The notes under the pieces were generated by a model. It did no database searches. It had not been told where the DNA came from and saw nothing but the letters and a program-made list of their open reading frames with translations. Below, piece by piece: positions 53,084 through 64,000 of a DNA stretch of 64,000 nucleotides. The stretch covers positions 13,640,001-13,704,000 of the forward strand of contig NC_045138.2 in NCBI RefSeq assembly GCF_008831285.2, in the 5' to 3' direction. A program made the position numbers and the translations under genes. Origin of the DNA: Nymphaea colorata. Its lineage: Eukaryota. Position 1 is the stretch's first letter; each line of letters starts with the position of its first letter.

Positions 53084-54264
53084 ATTTGCAGGACTAAAAT
53101 CTCTGCATGGTTGGCGATCCATTGCAATAATGTTCCAACCATCCGTTGGCTCCCCTATTCTTCTCAAGGTTGGCCAGTTAATCAAGCAAGTGGTAGGTTC
53201 CTTTGTGCAGAATGGGTGTAGGACCTCCCTTGCCCTTCATGTAACAATGTCTTGATGTTTCCATCTTTTTTGATTGAATGAAAGCTTTTAGCGGTGCTCT
53301 CTTTCCTCGTCAACTAATTTTGCATCGGTAGCAATGTTTAGTATCATGAGATGTAAAGACCCCACCTAGAGTTGGTATGCGAGATTTCAAACCATCCAAC
53401 TACTTTAGCAGTATAACCAACAGATTATAAACTTGTCAAGATCTCGTAAAAATTTCAACAGGAAACTATTCCATGTCCTTTACGTGCATGAGGCTTTTCA
53501 GTCACACTTTGTTTCTTAATTCGCAAATGGAGTCTAGGTGATCTTTACAACCTTGTATGCTCAAATATGGTAATTCGACCTCATCCAACTTCATGGTCAA
53601 GGGATTAAGCTCCTAATCTCCCAGGCGGACTGGCAAAGCTGTACAATTGTAACTCTAATTGACAAGACAATATAGGAAATGAACCATAAGAGTTCTGAGC
53701 AAATTAATTTTGAAAAATGATTCATTTATTCAATTTGGTTTTCATACAAACTATGGATTTTATGACCAAGTGCCAGGCAGCTTTCAAAACATGCCTTATA
53801 AATTCTTCACCTTCTTTTCTCATCCCCAAGTGTGATCTTGACTTCTGAGCTCCTTCGAGTTCCAACCGATGCCTCATTCAACTCGGATTTCAATATAGGA
53901 TTAGAAGTTAGAGAGGTATGAACTGTAGTTTCAAACAAGTTAGATTTGTATGAGATTTTTGTCTGTAGATACTGGGGATCTGTTATTAGTCAACATCGAC
54001 TGTCCCCGTTTACATCCCCGACATGGACACAGATCTTTAACTGGGTATGACAGACTCTGAGTAACTGAACCCGTATATGGTTTGTTCCTGATTCATTTTC
54101 ATCGGACTCTGGCATAGCATCTATCCAAGTTACTAGAATCCTTCATCTCATCATCTTGCATTAAACGCGGAATACTCGGTTTTTTCTTAGCAGCTTTTGC
54201 TGTTCTCAACAAAAAGAAGAAGCAGTAATTGTCTCCCGTTTCAGATTTTGTTTATCCAAGGCGA

Positions 54265-56600
54265 GAAAAAGAACAAAGAAGGAAATATCCACCGAACAGA
54301 GGAAGTGAAGAACATTATCAGGCATTTGTTTACGCACTTTGGAAGAACTATTCTCAACAGTGTAACTGTGTAAGAGCTAAGAATATGTCGACATTAATCA
54401 GAACGGAGATCTCGAACCCACTATGAAGTGCGAATGTCGACCTGACATATGATCGAACATGGTTTTTCCACATAGTCAGAAAGAACAACAAAGGTTATGT
54501 TTTGAGGGAATCATTCTCAGAAGCAAAATGTCACGTGTTTCTCAAATGAAATGGTTCCCCACGTCCACTGGTAATGTTGCGTGAGAGAACAAGTGAAAAT
54601 GGCAAATCTCACTTGATTCTTTCGCCTTCTCAAAAGATAAGAACAAGTAAGGTTTATTGCCAGGTTTTTTGTAGTACAAACATATAGATCTTTGTAAGTA
54701 GGGGTGGAGCAAGAAATTTTTAGTCGTAGGAACCCAACTATAATTTCAAAATTTTAATAGAAGCCAAAATATAAATTTTAATAATTTTTATTTAAATTAA
54801 ACTAAAACGTATTTTAAAATTTTAAAAATCTGATGGGGCCCCCCCTGTTTGCAAGCTTGCAAAAGCAGAGCTTGCAATCTCATATTCCAACGAATGAGTC
54901 GAGTAAACTATGGATCCAACAGTGATAGAAGAGTTAATCGGTCAGGGTTATGACTAAACCACTTTTCTTAAAGGGTGCATGCAGTAGATATTTAGATTTA
55001 ACCATAAAAAGTTTATCGATCTCTAGCAGCCGTGTTAATGACAAGTACTTACTGCAAGTCTGTTTCACATGGTCTTTACATGCATAATAACAATAATAAT
55101 CTCTATAAACAGATGATCGGTTGGTAGGAACCAAATATATAAACTTAGGGACTGGAATGAGATTTTAGGTAGTTGACTTGAGAATCCAGAAAAGTTTCGG
55201 TTAATTGCACCCAAAATGTGAAATTGGAAAAGAAAAATCTAGGAACAAATATAAAAGAAATTCACTCGTGAGAGCCTCCTCATCTGAATTGGAATTTAAC
55301 AACAAACGTGGTAACGAATAAAAAGTGATTACATTAAGGACACATATTAGAGTTGACATGAACTTAAAGGCCAAACTTAAAACCATGTGATGCATTTTTC
55401 TCATGTTTGTTTGTTAAAAGTTGTTTATGATTTGTTGTCCTTCGCGGTCTCTCATTTCAATAGCAAAGAAATGACTTGTAGGTTGGAAAAATATATATGC
55501 AGCAATACTTGTCTATTTAGCTTACATCTTCTTCAACAGTATTGAGTTACTTTTTTTATCTTTCTTTTTTCTTCTAAAGTCTTTTACTTTTAATCGGTAG
55601 GCTAACTGCGACAACATGATGATATGAAGGAGACATTGACTCCATTGGTAGTGGTTTGCTAAATCAAAAGGAAAAAAAAAAGATATTCTTTTCAAAATTG
55701 CGTCTTAGTGATGGTAATGGAAGCCTTTGGATGGAATATGTGGAGGTTGCACATTTTCCATATTTTAATTTTGGCACACATAATTGTCAAACAACTTTAG
55801 TGTAGTTGACTTGAGCAGAATAGAGGAAACAAAGCACCTCTAATTGATGTTAGCTTATACTCTAGATGGTCTATTCAAGGGGGCCAAGCTGAGGCATTGA
55901 TGCTCCTTTACTTACTTTTTAGTCCTTTTTTTTTAATTGAAAAGATCAAAGTTTTTTAGAAGAAATTACAAATCCTTGCTTTTTTTTCATTTTTTATTTT
56001 TAAAGTCAAGATAAATATTATTTTGCGTCTTTTTGGAAGTTAGGGGTGGGACGTTGGGGAGAGTAGCTGGTTAAGGAATTAATAGATGCACTGTTATTAT
56101 TTTAATTTTCTCAAACATAGTCTATTAATTTGTTTGACACTTCCTTCTTTGTAGACTAGTTAAAAGAGAAAATGAGTGTACATGTACATTGTATCAAGTG
56201 GTGTGTTAAAAACTGAAGATTTTCAGTCCAAACTTAGATTGGAGAAATCTGTAAATTATATATATATATATATATATAATATATATATATAGCTAAAGTT
56301 GGTGGAAAAATCTATAAATACTTTATATATTTATATTACCATTAAGATTTTTATTGCATAGGGCTGCTAACATGAGAGGCACTTTAGGGGGCTGAGTTAT
56401 ATTATATATATCTAAAGCACTGGATTCTCAAGGCCTGCGAGTGTGGGGGTGAGAGTTGGCGCCATGTGTGGTTGAATCTTCCCTCCCTTCTTTTCTTGTT
56501 GCATGAGGCGGAACCGACGAAAGTCTTTGGATGGAATGGATGAACAGGTTCAATGGCAGACACTAGCATCTGCCAGTATTTTGAGTTGTAGAAAAGTGGC
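54265..56600 (+). repeat. Longest copy of the multi-copy non-coding module, downstream of IQM3
   Basis: Colinear with 17480-18080 plus 18810-19985, 23190-24330 and 34540-35310. Confidence 0.87.
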
Positions 56601-56625
56601 TAGTTTTCAGCTGCTTTTCTGCCCC

Positions 56626-57858
56626 GACTTGCACAACCAACTAGCAACCCAAAGATCTTTTTGTTGTTGAACGTTCTATCATGGATCAATTCAATAAGGG
56701 AAACCAAATGAAAAGCTCCTCCTAAACATCCGACCTCTAGCACAAGAAAAAGAAGGAAAAAAAGAATCACCTGAATTCTTTCCCGAAGAAACCAAACCAC
56801 CTTGATTCTATCGATTCGCTCGGTGCTTATTTTGTTTTTCCTTCTCGCCTTCTTTGAACCTCCCAGCGACTGAGTATAAGACCCCATCATTCCCCTTCAT
56901 AGCTCTCCCAAACAAATCCATAGAAAACAGCGCGAAAGAGAAAACCACTGAGCAAGAAGAAAAAGAACAAAGCAACTCATCTTCAAACTAAAACCGAAGA
57001 GAAGTGAAAAGGAAATGGGACCCTAATCTATGGTTCTCTCCAACCACACGCTTCGATCCGTCTCGTCCGAACAAAAAACATAGACGAAACCGGCACGAGG
57101 GACTCTTCCTCCTTCTGAAACTCAAAAGGGCATTCGGCCTGTGGAAATAAGAGCGACCTCCTCTTCTCACGATAAAGCCTTTCCCTCTTCCCTCCTCCCT
57201 CTTTTACCTATTTTCTCCAGAGGTCTCTTTGTGCAATTTCTCATTTTCCTGAAACATTTCTCTATGCATACGGCATATGGAAATGTTTCAAGGAAATGAA
57301 AAATTGCACAGAGAGACCTCCTGGAAAAAAGAGAGGAGGGAAGAGGGAAAGGCTTTATCGTGGGAAGAGAAGGTCCTATGCCTTTTTGAGTTCCAGAGGG
57401 AGAGGAAGAGTCTCCCGCACCGGTTTCGTCTGTGTTTTTTGTTCGGACGAGATGAATCGAAGCCACAACTTCTCTTCGGTTTCAATTTCAAGAGGAGTTG
57501 CTTTGTTCTTTTTCTTCTTGCTTCGAGATTTTCTCTTTCACCTTCTTTTCTGTGGATTTGTTTGGGAATTGGGAGAGTTATGAAGGGGAACGAAGGGAAT
57601 GACGAGGGTCTTATAGACTCAGTCGCTCAGAGGTTCGAAGAAGGCCAGAAGGAAAAACGGAAGAAGCGTAGAACGAATCAGGGTGGTTTGGTTTCTTCGG
57701 AGAAGAATTCATGTGATATTTTCTTTTTCCTTTTTTTCTTGTGCTAGAGGTCGGATATTTGGGAGGAGCTTTTCATTTGATCTCCCTTGTTGAATTGACC
57801 CATGATAGAACGTTTAACAATAAAAAGATCTTTGGGTTGCTAGTTGGTTGTACAAGTC
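56626..57858. repeat. ~1.23-kb fold-back (long inverted repeat) with a 19-nt loop
   Basis: gacttgcacaaccaactagcaacccaaagatcttttt (56626) pairs with aaaaagatctttgggttgctagttggttgtacaagtc (ending 57858). Centre gaaacatttc-[57261-57279]-gaaatgtttc. Arms are diverged with indels. Confidence 0.92.
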
Positions 57859-58809
57859 CTTTCTGAAAGCAATGGAGTTTTGGTGTTTGAGAGTGAACTT
57901 CTTAGTCAATGAACAACAATTCTGCAACTTGAGTTTGTTCTTGTAAGCTCCATTGTTTTTGTCGAGTTCCTTTCTGTAGAGCGAGAGAGATCAGCCTTAC
58001 TAAAAGAAACACCCAAAATTGCCTTCACTCATCACACAAGAAGTAGGGGAGGACCCACTGATTAATTTCAACAAAATGAAAGGTTATATGTAAGGACAAG
58101 TCTGTTTTCCATCAAACTCAAAAGAGGTGCAACTGACAACTTCTTAATTTGCAAAAGTGGTGAAACTAGCCCATCCGAATATTTTTTAACCCAGAGATCT
58201 TATCAGGTCATTTTGATTTCAATTTTGATTTCAACCAAAACCCTGTAACTAAAATATATAGACACACTTCTTAGGTGCCTATTTCTGCAATGCAACTACT
58301 TTTCATAACATAGCTGTTTTGGTAAAAAGGAATATTATACCGTAAATGTTATAATTACACTTTAGTCGATTAGTATACAGAGGTCAACTACTTTTCATGA
58401 CATAGCTGTTCTTGTAAAAAGATTTTTGGCTCCATGCCAAATTGTAAAGGAAACTACAAACTGGACTCCTGCAATGGACATTCCCGACCCTCACTGCAGA
58501 ATGGATTGGAGAAAATTAGCTGGAAAAGACTTTACCAGCCACAAGTTCGAAAATGTTTTTTCTCCTTTTCATCTAGGGGGCATTCAATAGTATGAAATGT
58601 CTTAATGAGTCAAGAATTCAATGCTGCACCATGCATGTGAACAACTTTCTAAGAAGTCGAACTCGTAACTTTGATAAAGAATTAAAAAGGAAAAAGCTGT
58701 AACTTTTTTTTTTTCCCTCTTTTACACTTCAACATAGACATAGGAGACTTGGTGGATTGTCTAAACAATGTATAAACCAGTTGTTAATATCATGGCCCGC
58801 TTTAGAACC

Positions 58810-59275
58810 TATACTCGCTTGGCATTGCGTAAAAATTATTGGGTTTCTTTTGGAATTTTAAATTTTAATTTATTCTGTGGATGGTGATAAAATTTTATCC
58901 AAAACAGCACACCCTAAAAATTTTGAGCGAGCAATAAAACGCCCTCTTGTGCACTTATTATACATGTTCAGTTATTGTGTTTGGAAGCAAGCGGAAGTCA
59001 ACAAGAACTTGTGAATAATATGCCACGACAAGAGAGAGGGTGGCCGGAGGCCGTAAGTTTTGTCGAATACTGAGAGAGGGAGATGGAGGGTCAACTTGAC
59101 GGGAGCAGGCCAAGTGGAGAAGAGCACTGGGACTTATGGCGGTCCAAGAGAGAGGGTGATCTGTATCGCTGTCTTTCTCACTTGCCACTTCCGAGTTAAC
59201 ACCTCTTCTCTGCTCTGCTCTCCGGTATCTTTTGGCGAATGATGGGACTGTATTTATTTGTGACATATGGGAAGC
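58810..59275 (+). repeat. Diverged direct duplicate of the IQM3 upstream region 47170-47640
   Basis: Shared tatactcgcttgg..aaaaattattgggtttcttttgga..gagagggtggccggaggcc..gatgggactgtatttatt. Also 58435-58480 matches 47111-47160. Confidence 0.88.
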
Positions 59276-59477
59276 TTACTTACTGCAAGTCTGTTTCACA
59301 TGGTCTTTCCAATGAAGCTGAACTTGTATACATCGAAGCCACCTTTTTAGTCTAAACGAAAAGCATATATGAAGTTGCTCAAGAAACGCCTAATTGCCGA
59401 CAGAAACAAATTTTGGGCAATGACCCATCACAAACACTCTGACTTCAAAGTCTTGTCAGGCATGTGGATGCAGGAAT

Positions 59478-59612
59478 ATGTCTGATCTTTTCTTCATATT
59501 CAGGTGGACGGGGCCAATAAGCACAAACGATTGGAGGCGGATTAGTTTAGCAGCCACAGTACAGATGACCAAGAGAGTAGCAACAACGACACAGAAGACC
59601 AATCTTCTGATC
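59478..59612 (+). pseudogene. Small relic of the IQM intron 8/exon 9 junction
   Basis: tcttcatattcag|gtg and caacgacacagaagaccaatcttctgatc match 52528-52543 and 52636-52664. Confidence 0.7.
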
Positions 59613-59630
59613 GAAGTACTTTTTTGGCAC

Positions 59631-62600
59631 CTATGCACGTCTATACTCATCACCGCAGTCGCCAATAATTTGGAGTAGATCCCTTCCTTGTTTTGACACT
59701 GAATCTATACTGCTTTTATCCTCTTCATCTAGCTCCAGAGAAAATATGGCGAGGGAATCTTCTATATGCTGAGACAGACCGAGCCTTACACCGATCATGG
59801 ATCCTGCAACTGAGGGCTGCAAATGGAAACACAATGCAGCTATCTTACAACGTAGAAAAAATGATGGTAGACCAGGTTGGTTTAATGACTGTTTGTTTTC
59901 AATACTTGGCAATTGACAGAGACCCATGTCCTCCAAATAATGTCTAGAGATTGGATTGGCAGTTCGATCTCACAAATCCAAAACCATGACAGCAGAGAAA
60001 TGGAACACATCCGTTAGTAAGGGATGAAGATTCACATGCCTGGTCTAATATGTATCTAACAGCAACTGTTGGAATTGAAACCCCATGTTTCGAGGCCACT
60101 TTCTTCAACGTCTGAAGCAAAACCTGGAAAAGGCTCCACCCTCCCCATGCATCTACCATCTACAAGATAGACATACATCAACTTCAAACTCATATAAAGG
60201 CCGCTACAAGTCCCCAGAAATGAACGACTCGCATAATCTGGCACCAGTGAATCTTGGAAACCAGGTCAGCTTAGGAAACGTGGCCCCAACTTAGGCAGGT
60301 TTGGAGCCCACTGACACCGAATAAGTAAAAGAGAATCAGAAAGTATACTGGTCTAAGTCCTAGAAAACAAAGTTCCTTTCTGATTTTTTCTTCCAAAACA
60401 ATTCGAAAAATAAAAATACAAATAAGAGATCTCTAGTAAATTATACTAAAAACACTCTCAGTGAAACGATTTGAACCCTTTTATATTTCTGGAGGGAAGG
60501 AGTGTTTAATGGTGGAGCTGCAAAAGGAATTGATATGTTGGCGTCGAGAAACTTTTCAGACAAAAGGCCCCCCATAACAGTCCCATATCTGCACTTTGAA
60601 ATATTGAGAACATATTAGGAAAAGGAATGTCATTTAAGCATATGCTGATGCAAACACGCTTGGACAGGCAGACACACACACACAGAGATAGAGCGAGAGA
60701 GAGAGACGTTATCAATTTAACTCCCGTAAGCTGACAAAGCTCGGCCATTCTCTGTTGAGGACGCAAATCAACAACAGAATGTTGTACCTATGAAGCATCA
60801 AATACTAAATTATTTGCTACAATGGGTTCCATAGGAAGTAACAATGAAAACTTCAAAATTGAGAAAAGTACATATTTAAACCTGGTTGCTAACAATCGGG
60901 ATACCATTTTCAAGGATTATATGCAACCTTTCTGTATCAAAGTTTGTCAACGCTACAGTCTTAATTTTTCCTGCATGAAAAGCATATGCTTCTAAATAAG
61001 TGAGGATACGCATAAGTGGAGAAACACAGTGAAGTAAACGAAAATATTGATGTATACATGTAGCAAACACCACAAACCTTCTTCTTTCAGATCTGTTAGA
61101 TGCCTCAATGCGTCAAGATATCCAGAATTTGAGTAATCCCACCTGGTAAAAGCTAAAAAGGGTGAGGCAATACAAACCGAAAGTCAATCAGAGAAAGCAT
61201 TAATTGTCATAATAATGTTTTGCCTGTTACATATACAGTAAAAAAAACATGCCACAACAGGACGGAAACAACATACCAGTGAAACTGGAGCATGTCGAGA
61301 CAGGCGACATCCATTCTCTTTCTAGAAACATTGATGCTATCTCGAACGTAGCTGCTAGTCATTTTAACAGGAGGAGGTACCCACTTGGTCAGGCTGTAAA
61401 ATACAGGATCTTTTTAATATAGGTTCAGGAAGCTAGTATTTTTGCATTGAAGAACTGAAGCATGCTCTGTACAATGTAAATTGCTTTATAAAACAGCACA
61501 GGCTCGCCAGCTACTTTTTATCGGAACTAGATTAGAAAATTTGAATTGCAATGGTTATGCTGCAACAAGAGCTATACCGTCAAGTATAATTGCAAAAAAG
61601 TGTTCTTTTTTTTTTTTAAGGCACAAACCCGGAAATGGCACAAGTTGGAAGTTGCACGTTGGTGAGACATTAACAGTTGGTATTTGCGGGTTATATTGCA
61701 CCGACACCCAGACCAATGAAACATGAACCAAACCAGGAAGACGCTGAAATGGTTTTAGTGAAAGAATTCTCAAGCACACACCACAGTTCCCAAACTTGAC
61801 TTCTGCACAACATATCCATTTCCTAACCATTAAACCATGGGCCAAGAGAAAAGCAATGGAAACTCTCAACCAAAACTAAGAACTTCTAGCGAATTACTGT
61901 GTTATTTTCATCCCTTTCCAGTTAAGATGCTTATATGACCGATTCTCAACGCATCTGAATATTTGCTTCGTTGCTTCTGCAAATACAAAAGGGCCAAGTT
62001 TTTCGCGACTTACCCCTTCACCTCATTGAGCAACTCTGCTGGCCTCTCCCGCCGAACCCTGTTAATGAACATACCGTACAGATCCTCTGCAGGTCCATCT
62101 GAAACACATCATTTATAAAACCTTTTAGGGACAAATTTCTGAAGGTTAGATGCTAGCCAGTGTCCCAACAACTTCTCCATCACACAAACATACACGCGCG
62201 CCAATTTCATCTTGCTTTCTCTGTAATATTAAGTTGTCCCGACGCCGATTTCGGAGACTGAAGAGACATTCACAAATGACTCGGCACAAGTTGTCATTTG
62301 TTAGAATCACCAAAACAATAAGATGCAATTTTATTTTATAGTTAGCCCATTTCATCATTTCCACTGCGTAGTGTTAAAATAATCGAAACTCATGGTGGTC
62401 GTTCACAACATCCCGACGGTCCCAAATAGAGGAAGTCATAACGCTACCAAGCTCATAAAAGGATTCACCTACAATTCGAAGCAGAAGCAAGAAACTGAAC
62501 TCTAGCAAACAGAAAAAAAAAAAAAAGAGAATATCTCACAATGGTCGGCCATATCGAAGGTGGTGAGCCCTGCATCAGCATACCGGAGCATGGCGTCGAC

Positions 62601-62834
62601 TGCTCCATCCCTGTCGATCCTCCCCCACCCTCCGCTTGTCTGCCACATTCCGTTAAGCACCCTGCATATCACCAGCGAGTCGTCACCGTTCTTGACCGTC
62701 GCCAGACCGCCTTCGGTACGCACCGCCTCGCATCGGCACGGTTTCGCCACCATGGTGGGTCTCCGAACTCCGGTTTTTCTGGTTTGGAGGGGCGATTCGA
62801 GAAGAAAATGGCCGCTGCTGAGGTTTGCCGCCAT
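59631..62834 (-). CDS. Aldo-keto reductase / NAD(P)-linked oxidoreductase (At2g27680-like); exons 62834-62540, 62098-62014, 61393-61277, 61142-61078, 60970-60882, 60787-60708, 60588-60477, 60159-60040, 59816-59631
   Basis: [89 protein letters not shown] and [10 protein letters not shown]. The N-terminus resembles a transit peptide. Intron 8 needs a GC donor. Confidence 0.92.
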
Positions 62835-63538
62835 GTGTGGGGAGGAAGGAAGCGGGCCAATGGCGACGGTGAATCGATAAGGTGCCCACTGCCCACTGTG
62901 GTTCGAACCCCTTATCCGCTGCGTTTCCTTCGCTTGGGCAAAAATGAGGGCAAGGCGATGGCGACTTAAGACAAATTAGCCCCGACCTGATCGACTTATG
63001 GCTTAACTCAACTACGCTGTCTAGCTCCCGACCGTTTGTCAGGCGAAGTTTTTTCCACTCAACGTGGGCTTAAAGGATGACCGGTTGTTGCTGCCTCTTT
63101 TGTTTGTGACTAAGATCAAGTATAGTATCTGTTCTTGATTTTAGTTAGTCGAATCAAATTTCTCCAAAACAACCAGGACTGACAAGCTTGAGTGGGTAGC
63201 GCAAGTCAAACAATGCCCGGGAGCGTCGTAAATCCGGTCATGGCCGACGCCTCTCACCTTAGTCAACGGCATTTGAGCTCATTTGCTTGTGATTCGATGC
63301 CGTCCGCCATCGCCTGACTGCCCACGTAAAGAAGATGAAAAGTTCAAAACTTAAAACGCCCCGGGAACTTTTTATGATCTACGCATCCAAGCAGCCGCAC
63401 ACCGAAGAGGCTTCTCTATTAGACAACGTTGGCAATTGAGAAGTTGGAAACCACGGCGATTCCTGGCCTTCCGTCTTCCAACCAAGAGAACCTTATCGGT
63501 TCACCGCCGCTTTGCCTGCTGCCCTCCAAGCTCCTACC

Positions 63539-63854
63539 ATGGCGGCAACCCTCGGTGGCAGCCGTTTTCTTCTCCAATCACCCTTCGGAACCAGAAAAGA
63601 CGGAGTTTGGAGACCCATCAACGTTGCCAATCCGTGCCGATGCGAGGCAGTCGGCAATGAGGGAGCCCAGGCGACGGCGAGCGAGAGGCGAACAACCGTG
63701 AAGAGTCGCGACGACTCGCTGGTGATATGCAGGATCGTCAATGGAATGTGGCAGACGAGTGGAGGGTGGGGGAGGATCGATAGGAACGCGGCCGTCGATG
63801 CCATGCTCCGCTACGCAGATGCGGGGTTGACCACCTTCGACATGGCTGACATTT
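63539..63854 (+). CDS. Exon 1 of a paralogous aldo-keto reductase (gene continues beyond the window)
   Basis: MAATLGGSRFLLQSP...[48 protein letters not shown] + T|gtgag, with the same phase-1 donor position as the minus-strand gene. Confidence 0.85.
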
Positions 63855-64000
63855 GTGAGCTTGCCCTCTGATTTCTCCTCGGGAATTTGAATTCTTTCCA
63901 CCTTTGAACTACAGTTAGATTGTGATGCGGATAATAAAGTTCTGCTTGGACTGTCTGTGATATCTGCTTTTGCCCCAACCCACTTTGGGAGTCGATTCTT

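Overview
Flowering-plant (angiosperm) nuclear DNA; the species cannot be fixed from the sequence alone. Intact protein-coding genes are a two-exon AGCVIII Ser/Thr kinase (3892-7421, +), a nine-exon IQM3-like calmodulin-binding gene (48155-53083, +) with a TRIM retroelement in intron 2, and a nine-exon aldo-keto reductase (62834-59631, -) lying head-to-head with exon 1 of a paralog (63539 onward, +). From about 14.8 to 59.6 kb the window is a patchwork of direct and inverted duplications built from a shattered MYB93-like (R2R3 subgroup 24) gene, IQM3 and a multi-copy non-coding module. Highlights: (1) a ~1 kb fold-back (35829-36860) of two tail-to-tail copies of MYB exon1-intron1-exon2, about 95% identical with a 110-bp perfect core on exon 2, a dead splice acceptor in both arms and the MYB promoter kept on one arm, making it a candidate hairpin-RNA/proto-MIRNA against MYB93-type genes; (2) a second ~1.23 kb fold-back (56626-57858) just downstream of the same repeated module; (3) a rearranged IQM duplicate (29389-33004) that still gives an open spliced 293-aa frame and is fused head-to-head to the MYB promoter. 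All alignments, exon calls and identity values were made by eye and need computational confirmation. Nothing here shows expression.
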